A stretch of DNA of 64,000 nt from NCBI GenBank assembly GCA_046598395.1, contig JBKJIQ010000047.1, positions 81,434 to 145,433 of the forward strand, in the 5' to 3' direction. This document shows positions 63,056 through 64,000 of this stretch, in pieces. The notes beneath the pieces were generated by a model. That model had not been told where the DNA came from. It did not search any database and worked only from the letters and a program-made list of their open reading frames with translations. This DNA comes from Acidimicrobiia bacterium. GTDB lineage: Bacteria > Actinomycetota > Acidimicrobiia > IMCC26256 > JAENVU01. Positions within the stretch are counted from its first letter, which is position 1; each line of letters opens with the position of its first letter. The position numbers and the translations under genes were made by a program.

Positions 63056-64000
63056 TTATCGCACACCGATGGGGGCGGCGTCCGGGGTGAGTGGAGACGG
63101 CAGATCGGAGTCGCCCATCAGGAACCGATCGACCGCGGCCGCACACGATCGGCCTTCGGCGATGGCCCACACGATCAGGCTCTGACCCCGACCCATATCG
63201 CCGCAGACGAACACACCCTCCACGTTGGTCTGCCATTCGCTGCTGCGCGCGACGTTGCCGCGATCGTTGCATTCGATCCCGAGCTGTTCGAGCATGCCGG
63301 TGCGCTCGGGGCCCACAAACCCCATCGCCAGCAATGCAATGTCGCAGGGAAGTTCGAAGTCGGAGTCTTCGACCTTCTCGAAGCTCATTCGGCCGTCGAC
63401 GAACTTCTGCTCCACTTCATGGGCGCGCAGCGCTCGGACATTCCCCGACTCATCGCCGAGAAAGCACTCGGTATTCACCGCAAAGACCCGCTCGCCGCCT
63501 TCCTCGTGGGCGGATGACGTGCGGTAGATGAGCGGCCACGTGGGCCACGGGTTCGCATCGGGGCGTGCATTGGGTGGCCGCGCCATGATCTCGAATTGGT
63601 GGATCGTGGCCGCGCCATGACGATGCGACGTTCCCAAGCAATCAGCTCCGGTGTCCCCACCACCGATGATCACCACGTGCTTGCCGGCCGCGGAGAACGG
63701 GTGCTCGGCGAGGTCACCGGCCTGCACCTTGTTCGCCGGTGGCAAGAACTCCATTGCCTGATAAACGCCCGCGAGGTCGCGACCCGGAATTGGCAAATCT
63801 CGGGCGGTCGTGGCCCCTCCGGCGAGGACGATCACGTCGAAGTCGCGTTGCAACTCCTCCACGGAAACGTTCTCGCCCACGTTGGCGTTGACCCGGAACC
63901 GTGTGCCCTCTGTTTCCATCTGCGCGAGACGACGGTCCAGCACGCGCTTCTCCATCTTGAACTCGGGAATGCCGTAGCGGAGGAGACCGCCGATGCGATC
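63056..64000 (-). CDS. gltD: glutamate synthase small (beta) subunit, C-terminal about 315 codons (gene continues off the right edge)
   Basis: The frame stays open to the window end. The reverse translation of 63956..64000 gives DRIGGLLRYGIPEFK ahead of MEKRVL.... Contains VVIIGGGDTGADC and VFVCGDMGRGQSLIVWAIAEGR. Confidence 0.92.
   Translation of the reverse strand, partial: DRIGGLLRYGIPEFKMEKRVLDRRLAQMETEGTRFRVNANVGENVSVEELQRDFDVIVLAGGATTARDLPIPGRDLAGVYQAMEFLPPANKVQAGDLAEHPFSAAGKHVVIIGGGDTGADCLGTSHRHGAATIHQFEIMARPPNARPDANPWPTWPLIYRTSSAHEEGGERVFAVNTECFLGDESGNVRALRAHEVEQKFVDGRMSFEKVEDSDFELPCDIALLAMGFVGPERTGMLEQLGIECNDRGNVARSSEWQTNVEGVFVCGDMGRGQSLIVWAIAEGRSCAAAVDRFLMGDSDLPSPLTPDAAPIGVR

Overview
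This is a dense, high-GC segment (roughly two-thirds G+C by eye) that reads like an actinobacterial chromosome. I cannot name the genus. I call 63 protein-coding genes (two truncated by the window edges) on both strands. Many are joined by 1-4 nt start/stop overlaps (ATGA, GTGA, TGATG), which implies translationally coupled operons. I found no rRNA, tRNA, CRISPR array, transposase or integrase.

Gene content is mostly lipid and xenobiotic catabolism:
- 4 AMP-forming acyl-CoA ligases
- 6 luciferase-like (LLM, flavin/F420-type) oxidoreductases
- 5 SDRs, 2 thiolase-fold proteins, and one each of ACAD and ALDH
- several amidohydrolases, esterases and thioesterases, plus a haloalkane dehalogenase
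- housekeeping genes at the right edge (aat, gltD), class I FBA, and Ku with a stand-alone LigD polymerase domain

Observations most worth follow-up:
1. **Atypical Liv-type ABC importer locus (27502..36126).** It has a fused LivH-LivM permease and a 993-aa polypeptide that joins a complete 12-TM MFS domain to two ABC ATPase domains. It also has two oversized, TM-anchored paralogous binding proteins, separated by a 19-bp-stem RNA hairpin.
2. **A shared 19-bp inverted-repeat box in three separate promoter regions** (3406, 14286, 23209). Each lies upstream of an amidase-type enzyme gene, and no regulator is encoded nearby.
3. **A four-gene coupled operon (40468..43895).** It encodes a MacB/FtsX-type ABC pair, an SGNH-like lipoprotein that seems to lack its catalytic residues, and an HExxH metallohydrolase.
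4. **A thiolase-fold protein without the nucleophilic Cys**, coupled to a DUF35 zinc-ribbon/OB protein.
5. **A low-GC, rare-codon islet** holding an orphan lipoprotein ORF.

All functional calls rest on motifs and family resemblance recognised by eye from the supplied translations. No database search, alignment or folding calculation was run. Several start codons were moved inward from the track ORFs on the basis of gene overlap, homologous N-termini and Shine-Dalgarno-like sequences.
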